From: Octopus sinensis
Taxonomy: Eukaryota
NCBI RefSeq assembly: GCF_006345805.1
Contig: NC_043002.1
Span: 45,322,001 to 45,386,000 of the forward strand
Direction: 5' to 3'
Length of the DNA stretch: 64,000 nucleotides
Under the pieces are notes generated by a model, which saw nothing but the letters and a program-made list of their open reading frames with translations, did not search any database and was not told the origin of the DNA. Every line of letters begins with the position of its first letter. The first letter of the stretch is position 1. Shown piece by piece: positions 1 through 14,006 of this stretch. A program made the translations under genes and the position numbers.

Positions 1-1787
1 ATGCCAATGAACAAACACAAGCATGAGACCACAACCATACAAACTAATATAAATATATCTCAAATAACAATGTTGTAACAATTCTCGCCAAAAGATCGTA
101 GTGGCGTGAAACTCAAGCCGCGAGATAAAAATTCAGTTACGATTAATAAATGCACGTGCGTATTTATATACACAAACAAATGTACGCATTCATATATCGA
201 AACTGGATATATATATATACTTGTATAACAATGCTGGTACTACTCAGTACCTTCTGTCACTTTAGTGACGTCTATAATTTTGCCTTTAGGTTGTTAAATT
301 GCTAATAAGCTACCAAAATATATATTTATATATATATACTACTAATATAGGATGAATTTTTTTTAGAGAAAAAAATTTCTTCATATTAAAATACCTTTAA
401 AGGTTAAAATTATGCCAATATGCTGATAACAGACTTTTAAATCGTCAATTTCCATATATTATTATATACCCACTACAGAAATACGTTGTGCTGAAATCGA
501 GGAAGTGTGTGTGTGTGTGTATGCACTGCACACACACACACACACACATATGTATTTGTGGAAGTCGTTGCTACAAACGTTAAAGAAGTAGAAATAACAA
601 GGTGATGATATAAAATAGCACTGGCGTCACTTGGTTTGAGAGTAAGCTCGTCTGTCGTCGAAATCAAAGAATTTCATTTTGTGCCATTCGAACGTCACGA
701 ATATCACATGAAGTGTGATATTCGCTGCAATGGCACAAGACAAATATCTTGCTTTCTGATCTCAGATAAGTAAATAGAATACGATGAATAGTTTCCAGTA
801 CACTCTGTAAGTATCGTAAATGTAAGTATCTATACAAGTGACTGAATGAATTTACTATATTAATGCATATACACGCGAGTGTCTGTAAATATGTGTATGT
901 AAATGTGTGTATTTATATGTATGCGTAACAATTTAATGTAAGCAATATTTTAGTTTTCTACTTTTCTCTTTCCCTTCTTCAAATAATGCTTGTGTAATAA
1001 AGAAAATGATTAAGATAAGTCACGTAAGAAGATAAGTTAGTGATTAATTCGTGGCCTAGAAAATATTTTCGATTATTTTAACTATATCACAGTTCTAGAA
1101 ACGACAATCAATGTGACGTTATTCCAAACTAGAGATAACGAAAGTTCTCTCGCAGCTTTATCCCATTATTTGTTTACACACTGTCCAGCACGTCAACAAT
1201 AAAAGATAAAGGGATTATCGTGACTGTAGAGATAAGTTAATAAATATTCTACAGATTTATCCGAGGAAAACTTTCAGTGATTTTACTCGAGGGTTATGAG
1301 AATTATTATACCAACAGCCTACAGTAATGCAAAAGGAGATAAAGATAACATAGGTAACTTTGAAAGGTAATCTGAAGTATAGGTACTACAAAGAAGAATT
1401 AACGAACAGCAGCTGAAATTATCAGAATCTATCTTCAGAACCGTTAAACATTAATTATCTGAAAGATTTGCGGAGGCCGTAAGGTATTAGTGATACCCTC
1501 TACTGTGATTTTTGACCGATACCCTGAAAGTTTCGCTGACGGTGTGTACTATAGAAAGTGCTAAATAGAAAATACACCCAGGCGTAAACTATCGATGTAA
1601 GTGGCGGAAGAACAGTATGATTTTTTTTCGAGTGTTGCATTGATGTACTATGTATGCTAGGTTCAAATCACATCATAAATGTAACTAAGCAGCACTAATC
1701 TCCAATACACGATTACGAAATATCAAGCGATTCACCCCTTCTTACAGTTTCTAACACACACACACACACACACACACATATATCGGT

Positions 1788-1844
<57 letters not shown>

Positions 1845-1846
<2 letters not shown>

Positions 1847-2052
1847 TCTTTTATTTGTTTCAGTCATTTGACTGCGGCCATGCTGGAGCACCGCCTTTAG
1901 TTGAGCAAATCGACCCCGGGACTTATTCTTTGTAAGCCCAGTACTTATTCTATCGGTCACTTTTGCCGAACCGCTATGTGACGGGGACATAAACACACCA
2001 GCATCGGTTGTCAAGCAAAGCTAGGGGGACAAAAGCAGACACACAAACATAT

Positions 2053-2145
<93 letters not shown>

Positions 2146-2300
2146 TACGACAGGCTTCTTTCAGTTTCCGTCTACCAAATCCACTCACAAGGCATTGGTC
2201 GGCCCAAGGCTATAGTAGAAGACACTTACCCAAGGTGCCACGCAGTGGGACTGAACCCGGAACCATGTGGTTGGTAAGTAAGCTACTTACCACACAGCCA
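1845..2300 (-). mobile_element. tRNA-headed SINE, family B (internal TA/CA microsatellite), young full-length copy
   Basis: Nearly identical to the copies at 25290-25705 and 58421-58967. Architecture is head, (TA)n(TG)n, then a 3' domain ending AAACAAGTAAAAGAG. Confidence 0.9.
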
Positions 2301-2800
2301 CAAAAATGAATAGAAATGGCTTTTCTGATAATTTTTTCCACTTTAATAATTAGATGTTAACAAAAAAGTAAACACATACTTTTGGTCACCTTTCTCATAG
2401 ACAACTTTTTAGAACCATTTCATACCAGGATAGCCACACTGTTTCTTTGTTCTTGGTCCGCTTCGTTCTCTTTCCCCTCCTTTTTTCTTTTCTTTTCCTT
2501 CTTTTTATTATACACACGTGTTTGTGTACTTATGTATGTGTACATATATATATGCGAATGTATGTGAATGAATAAATGTATATGTGTGTTTGGGCCTCTT
2601 TGTGTATGTATGCGTAAGGCACCATGCTCTTGTGTGTGCGTATTTGTTTACGTGTGTATGTGTGGTCTTCTTTATAAATATCTAAATTATCAAAGTGGAA
2701 AAATGATCAAAAAACCCATTTCTATTAATTTTTTCAAATATATAATGCCATACCAAGGACATTCTATTTCTTATTCTACTCTGTGTCTGTGTGTGTGTGC

Positions 2801-2872
<72 letters not shown>

Positions 2873-5800
2873 CGTGTGTGAAGGTAAGATTCAAGGTTGC
2901 GGAGTTAGTAAGCTTCAAGTTGTCCGTAGAAAGTATGAAAAACAACTTTCAGGCACAATAGTGTTTTATTGGTGTAGAAGGTTGTAAATTTTTCCCATAT
3001 CGAAGTTCGATAAGCTGATAAAGATTATTTTATAGTTCATGGTTAGTAGCTGGTGTTGCTGATTATTGCAGACAAAATCCCTGTCTTCTGTCGAAGACTG
3101 GAAAGTCTAAAGAGAGAGAAGGAAAAATAAGTAAAGATCGCCAACAGTCCACGTGAGGTTACATTTCTGAAGTGTATAGGAGAAAAATAGATGCTGTAAA
3201 ACTTTTCATTCTAAACTCTATCGTTTCTACTGTTTCCTCCTATTTTTTTTACATAAACAGAAGGAATTTTTCATGGCTGGAAGAAACGTTCAACAACTGG
3301 TGGTGTTCTCTTTGTGATGAATTTAACCAGGAAGATACTGTTGCTTCTGCAGCACAATATCTACTACACAGAGGCTGCTGATCAAATCCTGTTGAAACTA
3401 GCAGGAGAGTTCGGTCTGTGGCCAAACTACAACGCTCTTCTATCTATTCCTACTAAAATTGAACTGAAGCAATGTTGCCTCCAAACAACGTAACATCAAC
3501 GGCAGATCTGAACTGAACTCATATTCACTTTGGCCGTCTCTCCTTTATGTTCTCTAATAACACCAGGGCATATATTTTATAGTCGATTTAATAGACTCTA
3601 ATATTTTAATAGTACTTCTTTTGCAGACTCCCTGAAGGCAGTAGAAAATCAAAAAACGACTTCCGTGGGATATGAACTCAAGAAGTAAAAACACAAATTA
3701 ATTACCACAAAAAGTTTGTCGGTCAGTCAACCAATACTCCTAATCTGATCAGATGATGATAATCAACCTATACCGAGATTACCAGACAGACAAGCATGCT
3801 ACTAATGTCAGGAGACTGGAATTCTAATTTTTAGTCCATTGTTGATTGACCGATTTTAATGGATTTACCTTTGAAGATAATTCTTTCTGTTGATCAGGTG
3901 CAAGTCTTATTATTTTGGCACAAAGCCAATCTTTGTTAAAGAGATGGTGAATATATATTTACACTGAAGTATAAGTGTTTAACATCAGGGAATCAATACA
4001 GTGCAGACCACAAAACACAAACTATCCTCTATTCACGAAAATCCGGGCTGCTATCACTCTCTTGTTCCAGATACTGATATCGGAAATCGTTATTTATAAT
4101 GACTTACTTGAAAGACACTAGAAAACCAAGTACAGAAAGTTGAAAAAGACGGCAGCAGAAGAAAGTTTATGACCTAATTATTTTCTTTCTTGAGAATGTA
4201 CGTATGTTCATGAAAGTTTTATACGTTGAATAGTTATGAATATTTTGTGGCCTTTTAATACTTGATTGCATCCATATGCTCAAAATTCAAATCCCACCCC
4301 AGTTTCGACTCTGCCTTTCATTCTTTCAAATTTGTACATTAACTATCATTGCTGGATACATCTATACGAACAGACAATTCCCAAAGTATATGTTTAAATC
4401 AGTCAAGCCGTATTCCATAACTGTCATTTACTTTTGTTTCTAATCGGAAAAAAATCTATTTTGCGATGAAATAAGTATGTAATGAACCCAGCGCTACGTC
4501 TTGTAACGGACCAAGACTTAAACTCTTTGCAGCTGAGGGAATTACTAATGATATCTATTATTCGGGCCAAGAGTTTACACTTACGCCGGCAATGACAGTG
4601 ATTCGGACAATCAAACTGGTGAAAGAGATAAGGAAAATAACGACTCGAGTGAACAAATTCGGTAGTTGAGAGATAGACCTATTATTGTTATTCTCCAGAA
4701 TTTTTGGTGATTCTGTCCATCGATTTTCCTGTAATCGTTAGCATGTATTATATATGCAACTACATTTTGTTTTTTGTTTTTGTTTTTTTTTTTTTGTTTT
4801 GTTTTTGTTTTTTGTTTTTTTTTTTGCTTAGGAGCCCAAGTGGAAGATAAAGTTAGACACAGAGGCCCAGGTCTGAGAGGGTTAACTTAGTGCCAATTTT
4901 TAAAAATAGTATTCCAATGCGTAGGGAAAATGCTGCACTGGATCGCTGGAAACTGTGTATACATATTTCAAATGCAACGTATCATAACACATGCCTCAAC
5001 AAAAGATAAATTTATGACAGATTTCTATCATTACATATAATTTGATGTAAAGAGTTTTTTTTTAAGACCATAGGTTTTTTTTTTCTTTTTTTCGTTTTTA
5101 GCTCTTGCAGGATAAGCTCTTTAATATGTGTCCAACGAGGCCCAGCACATGTTCAAGTTTAGTTAGATGTTTTAACAAAATGTAGCCCAATGAATATTAA
5201 CAAATATTAGCTCCAGAAATGTCACGCTTGTCTCACAAATAATCCTCGAGCTACTTAGCGCGTTGTTCCAACATAGCAAAGTATTATACTTCGGTTTGAC
5301 GTTTATATCGACAGTTTATAACCATGAATTTTTTTAAAATATCATGCCTAAAATTAGGTTGTATAAACTTTTGCGAACACATTTCATTTATGAGAAAATT
5401 TGGTTTCCTGCATAAGAAGCAGCCGATTATGTGATCATTTAGTCACTAGATGTGTATATTTCATCAAATGTATAGTTTAGTATAAAATATAAATTTTATA
5501 GCATAAATATATTGTCATATGTCCAGGGACAGAATTAGACTGAATAGCTTGGTTGCGTATGTTTTCGAATAACCCCCAAAAAAGACCTAGCTGAATACAC
5601 CTATGATCGAAAGAAATTCAACCATGAACTGACCATATCATTTTCTAGAGACCTATTGATCAATTTTTTCTATTTTTTGGAGATTGTAGGACATGATTGA
5701 AGGAATTTGGCTGCTGCTTTTAATAGGTCAAGCGATCACATAGAGCTGCCATCACCACCACCACCACCACCACCACCATCACTTTGTTAGTTTGAAAACT

Positions 5801-7695
5801 GCATGTGTTGAGTAAACATTAAATGAGTGTTTAAACGTATGAAGTCATATTTTACGTGCACTGTTATACTGAGTTAAATATATTCCTAAAATGAAAATTG
5901 CCTTGTGGCTCTCTCGGTTAACACAGCAATTTTTTTGCAGCAGAAGCAGCAGCAGCTAATTCATTGTTTTTACTTCACTGTTTTTATTTTGTTTTATAAC
6001 ACAAGCTGCTATTTCGTACAAAATATAAGTTTGGTTGCAATTAAATGCTATTGTTAACGTTAGCGTGACTCTACACAGGAATTTAGTTTGTTATATAAGT
6101 TTTGGAATAACATAATAACATTTTGTTTTAACGATCGTAAAAATGATATGACTCAAAGCTATCAAATGTTTCGGATAAATTAGCAGAAACTAAACAAGTT
6201 TATTAAATACATTTGAGAAAACTGAAAGTTAGTATCAAATAGTTTTAATGTCATAGCTATACATATATTTGCATACACACACGCATCATGCACACACAGA
6301 CACACACGTGTACACACACAGAGAAGCACACATACACACAAACACACATACTCAGAATGGGTAACATATGTACACACAATATATCGCAAATTCTGTCGTT
6401 TGCGTTTTTATCCATGATTTTTTTCATATATTCTTTTTTACATATTTCTTACTGATTTCCTTTCTTGTTTTAATTATTTGAAGTAAACATATAAAGAAGG
6501 AGGAACTGGTTTCTAGCAAAGATACAAAGTTCCATCTTTCGAATGTTGATCTCAAAAACAGTCTCATTTTAAACTTAAGAAATGTCTTACTGTTTCATTT
6601 ACAGGTTGTATTTGTAATATATGCGTTAGCTGATTAATTTCTATCTTTTCTTTTTTTTTCTTGGGGATATACTCCTAAACCAAGTGCACCAATTCAGTTA
6701 TGTACATCGATATTACCATGATAACCAATCTGAAGAGATAATCGGCAGAAATTTTATTTAATGTTGTATGTATTTTTATAATTTTTTAGTATAAAAATTA
6801 TCAAAACGATCGAAATTGGTTAATAAGTGTAATATCTTCATTCTTTTGCTTGTTTACTTATCACAAATTGAACATACATACATACAATGCGCGAATCACT
6901 GCCCAAGACCTTCTTGACAGGAGATGTTGAGGGGAAGAAAGAAAGACCATCAAAAGAACGGACGGGAAACAAGAGCGCCTGACTTAATGTATGCATGCAG
7001 TATTGGCAATATACATACATATATATATAGTAATGCAATACGAGAGTATTGCTTTCCAGTAAAGAATAGCCTGTGAGGGAAAATTATACATATTTTCCAG
7101 TAAATATCGGTACTTCGTTGTGCCATATATTTACTTATATATATATATATATATATATATGAAGATGAGATGAACAGGCATTAATCACAAATCACAACAA
7201 TCGTTTCTGTGCATTGGTAACAGCTGTTAGTTGCTGAGTTTTAGTTGTTTTAAAGCCACTCGCCTGATGGCCTGCCGGTACACAGCTGTTGCTGGATCAT
7301 ATATATTTATATAATATTTTATGTAATATTATGATGTGGAAAAATAAGCAACTAACATTGTTGTGATTTGTGATTAAAGCCTGTTCATTCCTCGTATATA
7401 TCCAATAAAATGAGTAATTCAGCTGTATGGTGGCATATAGTAGCTGATAGCCGAACAGGAACTTTGAAATGACTGTTATGGAGTTATGCAGATTATATTA
7501 AATATGTACGTACATATGTATGCATGTATGTATTCATTTAATTGTTTGTGAACATGGTCAACAAGAATCAATAAAAGATTAACTCTGCAAACAAGTCGCC
7601 TACATAAGCTACTTCGTGAAATTTTCTATGCTTTATTCTGTTTGTGAACGCCTTACGAGCAACCACAGGAATAGATACGTATGCATGTATGTATG

Positions 7696-7742
<47 letters not shown>

Positions 7743-7825
7743 GTACATACATATGTGCATAAATATGTATATATTTTATATTTATATATGTGTGTATGTT
7801 GATATAGATATATATATTGGCATTC

Positions 7826-8120
7826 AAAGTTACCTCAACCGCAGAACGAGGCACCACTGCATGGTGCCAAAAATTTCAATATCACCATCAAAATACAGGA
7901 CCAGATACTGCAACAGCTTGGGTTTCAGAGGACCACAGCTCTTCAACATCCTTCCTAAATGCCTGAGAGATTTGCATGGTGTGGATCTCTTCTTGTCAGG
8001 GGTCCCAGATGAACCTACCTCTCGGCAGGAGACATAGATGCGGGCAGCGGCATCGAACTCCCTTGTTGACCAAGTGCCACGTATCAGAGGTGGATTCACA
8101 TACTAGTGTAGCTCATTCAG
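7826..8120 (+). mobile_element. 3' end of a CR1/L2-type LINE ORF2, 5'-truncated
   Basis: Translates SYLNRRTRHHCMVPKISISPSKYRTRYCNSLGFRGPQLFNILPKCLRDLHGVD..LFLSGVPDEP. The GPQLFNxLP...LDxFL pattern is typical of the post-RT C-terminus of CR1/L2-group LINEs. Confidence 0.75.
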
Positions 8121-9755
8121 TCACTGCGAGAAATGGTTGGCCAAAATAAATGTTGGAAGGCGTGTCTGCTAACCTGCATAAATGATTCATGCTTGCAGTT
8201 TTATAATACTGAATGTATGTATTGCTGGTTACAAACAACGAATCTCGAAGAGGTATTCGGGAATGTAGAATTCATTCCTAGAAAAGATTTGCTACAGAAG
8301 TTAAGAAATCATTTGTGTACAACAGGCCCTCTTGTGGTTCGTCGCATAAAAGTTCAGCGAAGTCGCGAGTACAGATGAGAATTTTTTTCTACCTTTAGCA
8401 TCATTATTTGCAGGCTGTTGTAATTTTTCATGCAAAACTGTGATTATAACTCTAAAAACAAATCCACAGTTTTAAAATTTAATAATAACCATGCAGAAAA
8501 TATTTGCTATCTCAATATAATGACATAACATTCCTTATTTTAATTTTTATTCCACGTGATAGTGGAACAGACATAGCGACATCATGCCTCCAAATGATTT
8601 CAGAAAACAGAAAGTACCATTTTTACTACAATATCTAAATTTATTCTACTCGATTTTTATCGCAAGTTATTTTAATTTGCAAATTAATTTCAGGTTTTTG
8701 CATCATGCCCTCAGATGAAATTGTTGATAAATATAGCACATGAAGCCGCTTGCAGTTGCTTCTTTCAATAAAAAAGTGCAAAACGTGACGTGAACTTCTA
8801 CTGTGTAAAATTTAGTGAAACGAGATAGGAAAACACGTTAACGTTATACGCTTATTATCGTTTTGTTTTTTGGGGTGTTTTTTTTCGTGATAGGAGTGAA
8901 TAAACTTGGTTGTTTTAGAATTTAATTTTAGAACTATTTAAATTGGATAAAAAATATGCATCTTTCAGAAACTGATAAATAATTAGAATTAAAAATTATT
9001 CGTATCAAAACAAATTTTTTCGTATCAAATTTTGTATAAAATCATTCTAAATGAATTATTTTGTACAAAAATGGATTGATAGCACAATATCTCATTGATT
9101 TTTAGCTACAATAACTCGAGGTGAAATTATATTTTCCCATTATAAGCTGCGAAATAATGAACAGGATTTTTCGAAACCATACGTCACAATACAAACTACA
9201 TGGAGCTTTTTGCTTTTTGCTATAAAAATAACCTGTGGCAATAAGCGTATTTTTAAAAGTGCAGTTTTCGAAAAATCGATAAAACATAATAATTCTCTTG
9301 CCAACCTTACGAAACTAAAAATGTTAACTTCGAACTGTGAGGACTCGAAATCAGTTCCTTTACCGTATCATTGTGATTAGCTCAAAAATTGTCACAGCAA
9401 CTTTCATTTTTTTTTTTTCAGGTGTAAGACAAAATATCTTTCCCATTTATAAGTGGTTGCATTCAGCAAATTATATAACCACAGAAAATGTTGATGATAA
9501 TATTTGAATTATGTAATTGAAGCAGCTCTATAGTAAAAACTCTATCAATATAAAGCAAGTGCGTAGTTGAAACACGAGAAACTGTGATTTCCATCTGGAA
9601 ATTATGCTACAAAAATAATATACTTCAGAGCTAGGCGAAACGAAATCGACCCAGGAATGGCCACGAGAGTGACATATATGTAAATCGCCGTTGTTGCGAC
9701 TTTTCAATGTCGCGCACTCATGTCACTTCAGAAACAAAAGACCTTGTATAAAGTA

Positions 9756-10129
9756 CTAGCAGTATCGCCCGGCGTTGCTCAGGTTTGTAAGGGAAATAAC
9801 TATAAAGCATTTTTAGAGAGTTATAGCCAAAAAATAGGAAAAAAATTATGGTAAATTTTTTTTGATAGTTAAAAAAGGTGGAGTTGCGTCCCCTACACAG
9901 TTTGTGGTTTGTGTTCCTGATTCTCGACCCCATGTCGAATTTATCTATTTTTTTCAGAACTGGGGGAACTTATCAAAATTTTCGCTGCGTTAGTTTTGAA
10001 TTATGATATTGGGCTATGTGTGTGTCAAGTTTCATCAGAATCGGTTGAAAGCCGTGGTGAGGATGAGGGTACAAGCAAACAGACACACAGAAACACGCAC
10101 AGACAAACTGCCGTTTATATAGAGAGAGA
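9756..10129 (-). mobile_element. Non-autonomous Helitron-like element
   Basis: Minus strand starts TC (10129), ends CTAG (9759-9756) with a GC-rich subterminal hairpin (about 9767-9783), is inserted between A and T, and has no TSD. Confidence 0.75.
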
Positions 10130-12050
10130 TTTAGGAATAGCATATTAGCTATACATTGGTATAAAAAGACAGAACATAAGCAAAATAAAATTTGAATTAT
10201 GCTATAGAAGCAGCTCTGTAGTAAAAGCTTTATGAATATAATGTAGTTAATGTATGTGTGTAGTTGAAACGCCAAAAGCTGCAATTTCTGTCCAGGAAAA
10301 AATCCCTTTTATAGACTATTGTGTTTAAAATAATTTAACTGAAGTGTCATAAATTTCATGGAGTATCCCGAATTTGCAAGTAGCAACCCTATGAATACGA
10401 AATAATCCCGAGCCAAACAGAGGAAACATAATGAGCCGTATTTGCAATGCCAGTTTACTTTACCTTTACAAAATAATTGAGAAATTAGAAATTCTTGTTT
10501 GCATAAAATAAGTACCAGTTGAGCACTGGAGGTAAAGTAATCGACCAACCTGCGAAATTGCTGGTCTTGTGCCAAAATTTGAAAGTGACATTAACTCTAA
10601 TTTTTAATTTGATTCTTTTTTTCGGAAGAAATGTTACTTTTGAGATGATTTTTATATTTTTGTACTTTTTAAACTTAAAACATTAAACTTTAAACTTGTA
10701 TATTGATATTAACAACGTTGATTTTGAATTTGATTTTTTTTATATTCAATAGCTACTCCTGATTTTTATTTATCTGAATTCTTAACATAAAAATAAATTA
10801 CTTAATTATTTTATGTTAAAAAGAAAACAAACAACGTATATATTTTTACTAAATGTACGTGAATAATTTTTTTTTTACTCTAAGTCTCCCATTTCTGAAT
10901 GAAAAAAAATTAACAATTTAGTTCCAGTCATAGAATAATTGGTGCCTACTTTAAGACTATTCCTAAATGAAGAAGAAATTAATTCAGGAGTGGCGTGTCC
11001 TAAAAAAAAAAGCAAGAATTTTGTCAACTGTTTTCTAAAGCAGATTTTTAAACGTCTGGTCTTTTGTAGAAACATTGAAAATGACCGATTTTAATGAAAA
11101 TATGCGAGGTATCTCAAGCAAGGAAAAGCCCAAATGACCAAACGGAGGGGGATCACAACAAATTTCTTTTTGAAAAGATAGGGATGTGATTGGAAAAGTT
11201 TAAGAAGGCCTAGTGTATATAAAACTACTTGTACCGTACTAATATAATCGTATATAAATAAAATTATTAAATCACCCCCAAATGATAGAGACGAATAATT
11301 CTTGGGAATTTTATAAATCAATATGACAAAACTTAATCAAAAAGAAGAAAAGGAAGTTTTTAAAAAATGGAATACAATATTTTTTTAATATATTACTTTT
11401 CTCTGCATGAACATTATTCAGCCTGTATTTATGAACTGTTGGAAGTAACATATATTATTTAAGCAGATTGTTAGGATGTCTATTTTTTTATGGCTCGTTG
11501 TCTCTGCGCATCTGTATCTTTTACTAACTTATTAATATACATCTTAAACGTCGTGTTTTTGTTTTACTGAACGTTGACAGTTATGATAACATAAACATAT
11601 TTCATTGAAGTTTTGCAACGATTTTCAATTTAATGATTACATGAACTGATGTTTCAAATTCTTGAGAGAGAAAAGAAAATAAGAAATATAAGATAATAAA
11701 CGAAACTGACAAATAAGAATGAAACTAGACGAAATTCGTGATATATTGGAAATGTATGTGCGTATGTGTATGCGTAAATATATTTGTCTCTCTGATAATG
11801 AAACAATTTGGTTCTAACATTCTAGCGTCTTTAAATTATTTAATAAGTTTGTTTACATTATACCGATTTATCTAAGATTTTATAGCTTTTAGCTATATAT
11901 CACTTTTCCGATCGTTAAATTGAAATAATATTATTCTAAAACTAATACAACAAAGTAAATTTCCCTAAATCAACAATATGGTTAAGAGAATATTCTTCTG
12001 GGTAGCATTCTGCAAGCTAAATGCAAATACACCAGGATATTTTTAGATAC

Positions 12051-12254
12051 TTAATGCAGTAATACATACAATACCGGGTTGGAAAATGAAAAATTTCTAT
12101 CAACTGAGATTATCCAAGCAATTTGTAGACTAAATTTCTCTCTTGGGGTGTTTAAAATCTCAAAACAAGCTATGGATATCACCCCATTAAGATCAGTTGC
12201 TCCGCATATAGTAATGCTACTGTTAACAATAGTGTTTAACTGAGAAGATAATTT
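12051..12254 (-). pseudogene. Possible decayed class A (rhodopsin-like) GPCR fragment, TM2 to TM3/ICL2
   Basis: Stop-to-stop frame KLSSQLNTIVNSSITICGATDLNGVISIACFEILNTPREKFSLQIAWIISVDRNFSFSNPVLYVLLH*. Spacing matches LxTxxNxxIxxLAxADL and SxxxxxxISxDRY...PxxY. The TM2-TM3 interval is about 20 aa too short. Confidence 0.35.
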
Positions 12255-13343
12255 TCATGAAGTAGTAATTTTTACTTCAGTAAAATATAAAGCAAAATAA
12301 ATCAGCTGCTGATCAAGCAATCTACAAGATTTTCATTTTAAGAGTGTAAATATTTAACTCAATATGACTGCATAGATAAACATTATTTCAAAGTTTTCCA
12401 TTCAACGAAATAGCTTTAATGCAGGTTTGTGAGATGTTCTGGCGAAGCTGTTCGGGCGCCCACCTACTCGGCGTTGCTGATTTGAAGCTGACTTATTTGA
12501 CATCGGACGCAATGTCCCTGAGGCCTTTTGAGTGAAAATTTTGTTTTTATTCTAGTCGATAATTAACTTGTAATCACAACTATTCAACTAGAAAACTTCG
12601 CTTAACTTTCTGCGTCACTTTATTATATGATGGTAAGTGAAATATTGATGAAACGCAGAAATGCTTTTCAATTAATAAATAGTAATGTTTCTCTCTCTGT
12701 TTCTATCTGTGTGTGTGTATTTCTATGCGTGCACGGTTTGTGTGTGTGTGTTTGTGTTTACCTCCAGTAACAGAAAGCACTGTCACCAAAGAAAAGAAAA
12801 CATCGCCAAATCTTGTTCAATGTCCAGTCCACTGTGCGAGATCGCCACCGTCCAAACACCAACGCCCAACCGTTTCATTTTGTTTACACCGTCGCTCGAC
12901 ATGCCAGAAAAAGCAACTAAATTTCTTCCAAATAGAAGAATATATTAGTCACTGTAGTTCTAGATACAGAAGAAGACAAGATAGTCATGGCTGGAATTAC
13001 TTTAATCTCAGATCTCTTCACTCATACTGCTTTGGATCTACGCATCAATAACAACAACAGTTTAAGGTTATACGGACCTCCATGAACGTAGATTTTTAAA
13101 ATTTAAAGCAAACGCTTTGTTTGGTCTAATTATATGTCAGCATAGTAATGCTGTAAAAAAAACGTATCTTAGATTAAACCTTATATTTTACCTACAGACA
13201 TATCCACCTCCACACCAAATTACCGTGATATCGATTTATGATTTTTTATATGGAAAACCTAAATTTTTTTCATGAATGAAATTTATCCACAAAATAATCT
13301 CATAATGGGCAAAATAATTATTTATTAATATTCACGAGGCCTA

Positions 13344-13545
13344 AGGCGATGTGCTGCCAGAATTGTTAAAAATACTTTGCGACATTTCGTCCGTCTTTAC
13401 GTTCTGGGTTCAAATTCCGCTGACGTTGACTTTGCTTTTCATCGTTTCGAGGCCGATAAAATAAGTACCTGTAGGACACTAGGGTCGATGTGATCGACTT
13501 GCACCCACCCGCGAACTTGCTAGCCTTGTGTCAACATTTGAAATC
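13344..13545 (+). mobile_element. SINE family A (GGCGAGCTGGCAGAA head), diverged
   Basis: Matches the copies at 53967-54198 and 16986-17198 (GTTCAAATTCC B-box, GACTTTGC.TTTCATC..TCG core). Confidence 0.8.
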
Positions 13546-13619
13546 AATATTCATGGGGACTAATACAAATAATATTTCCTTAAGATGTCAACGAAATAAG
13601 ATTAATATTATAACTCTTT

Positions 13620-13794
13620 TATCTTTTGCATGTTTAAGTCAATTAGACTACGGTCATGCTGGGGCACCACCTTGAAGGGTTTAGTCTAGTACTTATTCAA
13701 TCAAGCTCTTTTGCAGTGCTGGGGAGACAAGCACACACACACACACACACACACACACCACACACACACACACACATACATACATACATATATG

Positions 13795-13851
<57 letters not shown>

Positions 13852-14006
13852 GACGAGCTTCCACACAGTTTCTTGCTACCAAATTCACAGGGCATTGGTC
13901 GGGCTATTGTTGAAGACACTTGCCTAAAGCGTCACGCAGTGGGACCGAACCCGAAACCACGTGATTGCAAAGCAGGCTTCTTAACCACACAGCCGTGCCT
14001 ACGCCC
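13620..14006 (-). mobile_element. SINE family B, diverged, with expanded (CA)n(TA)n
   Basis: Head and tail similar to 1845-2300. Confidence 0.8.

Noticed and set aside
6888-6982. RTE-like C-terminal peptide TFLTGDVEGKKER
   Set aside because: Too short to support a LINE call.
8133-8400. piggyBac-like LLYTNDFLTSV on the minus strand
   Set aside because: One weak motif followed by stops, with no TTAA-bounded TIRs.
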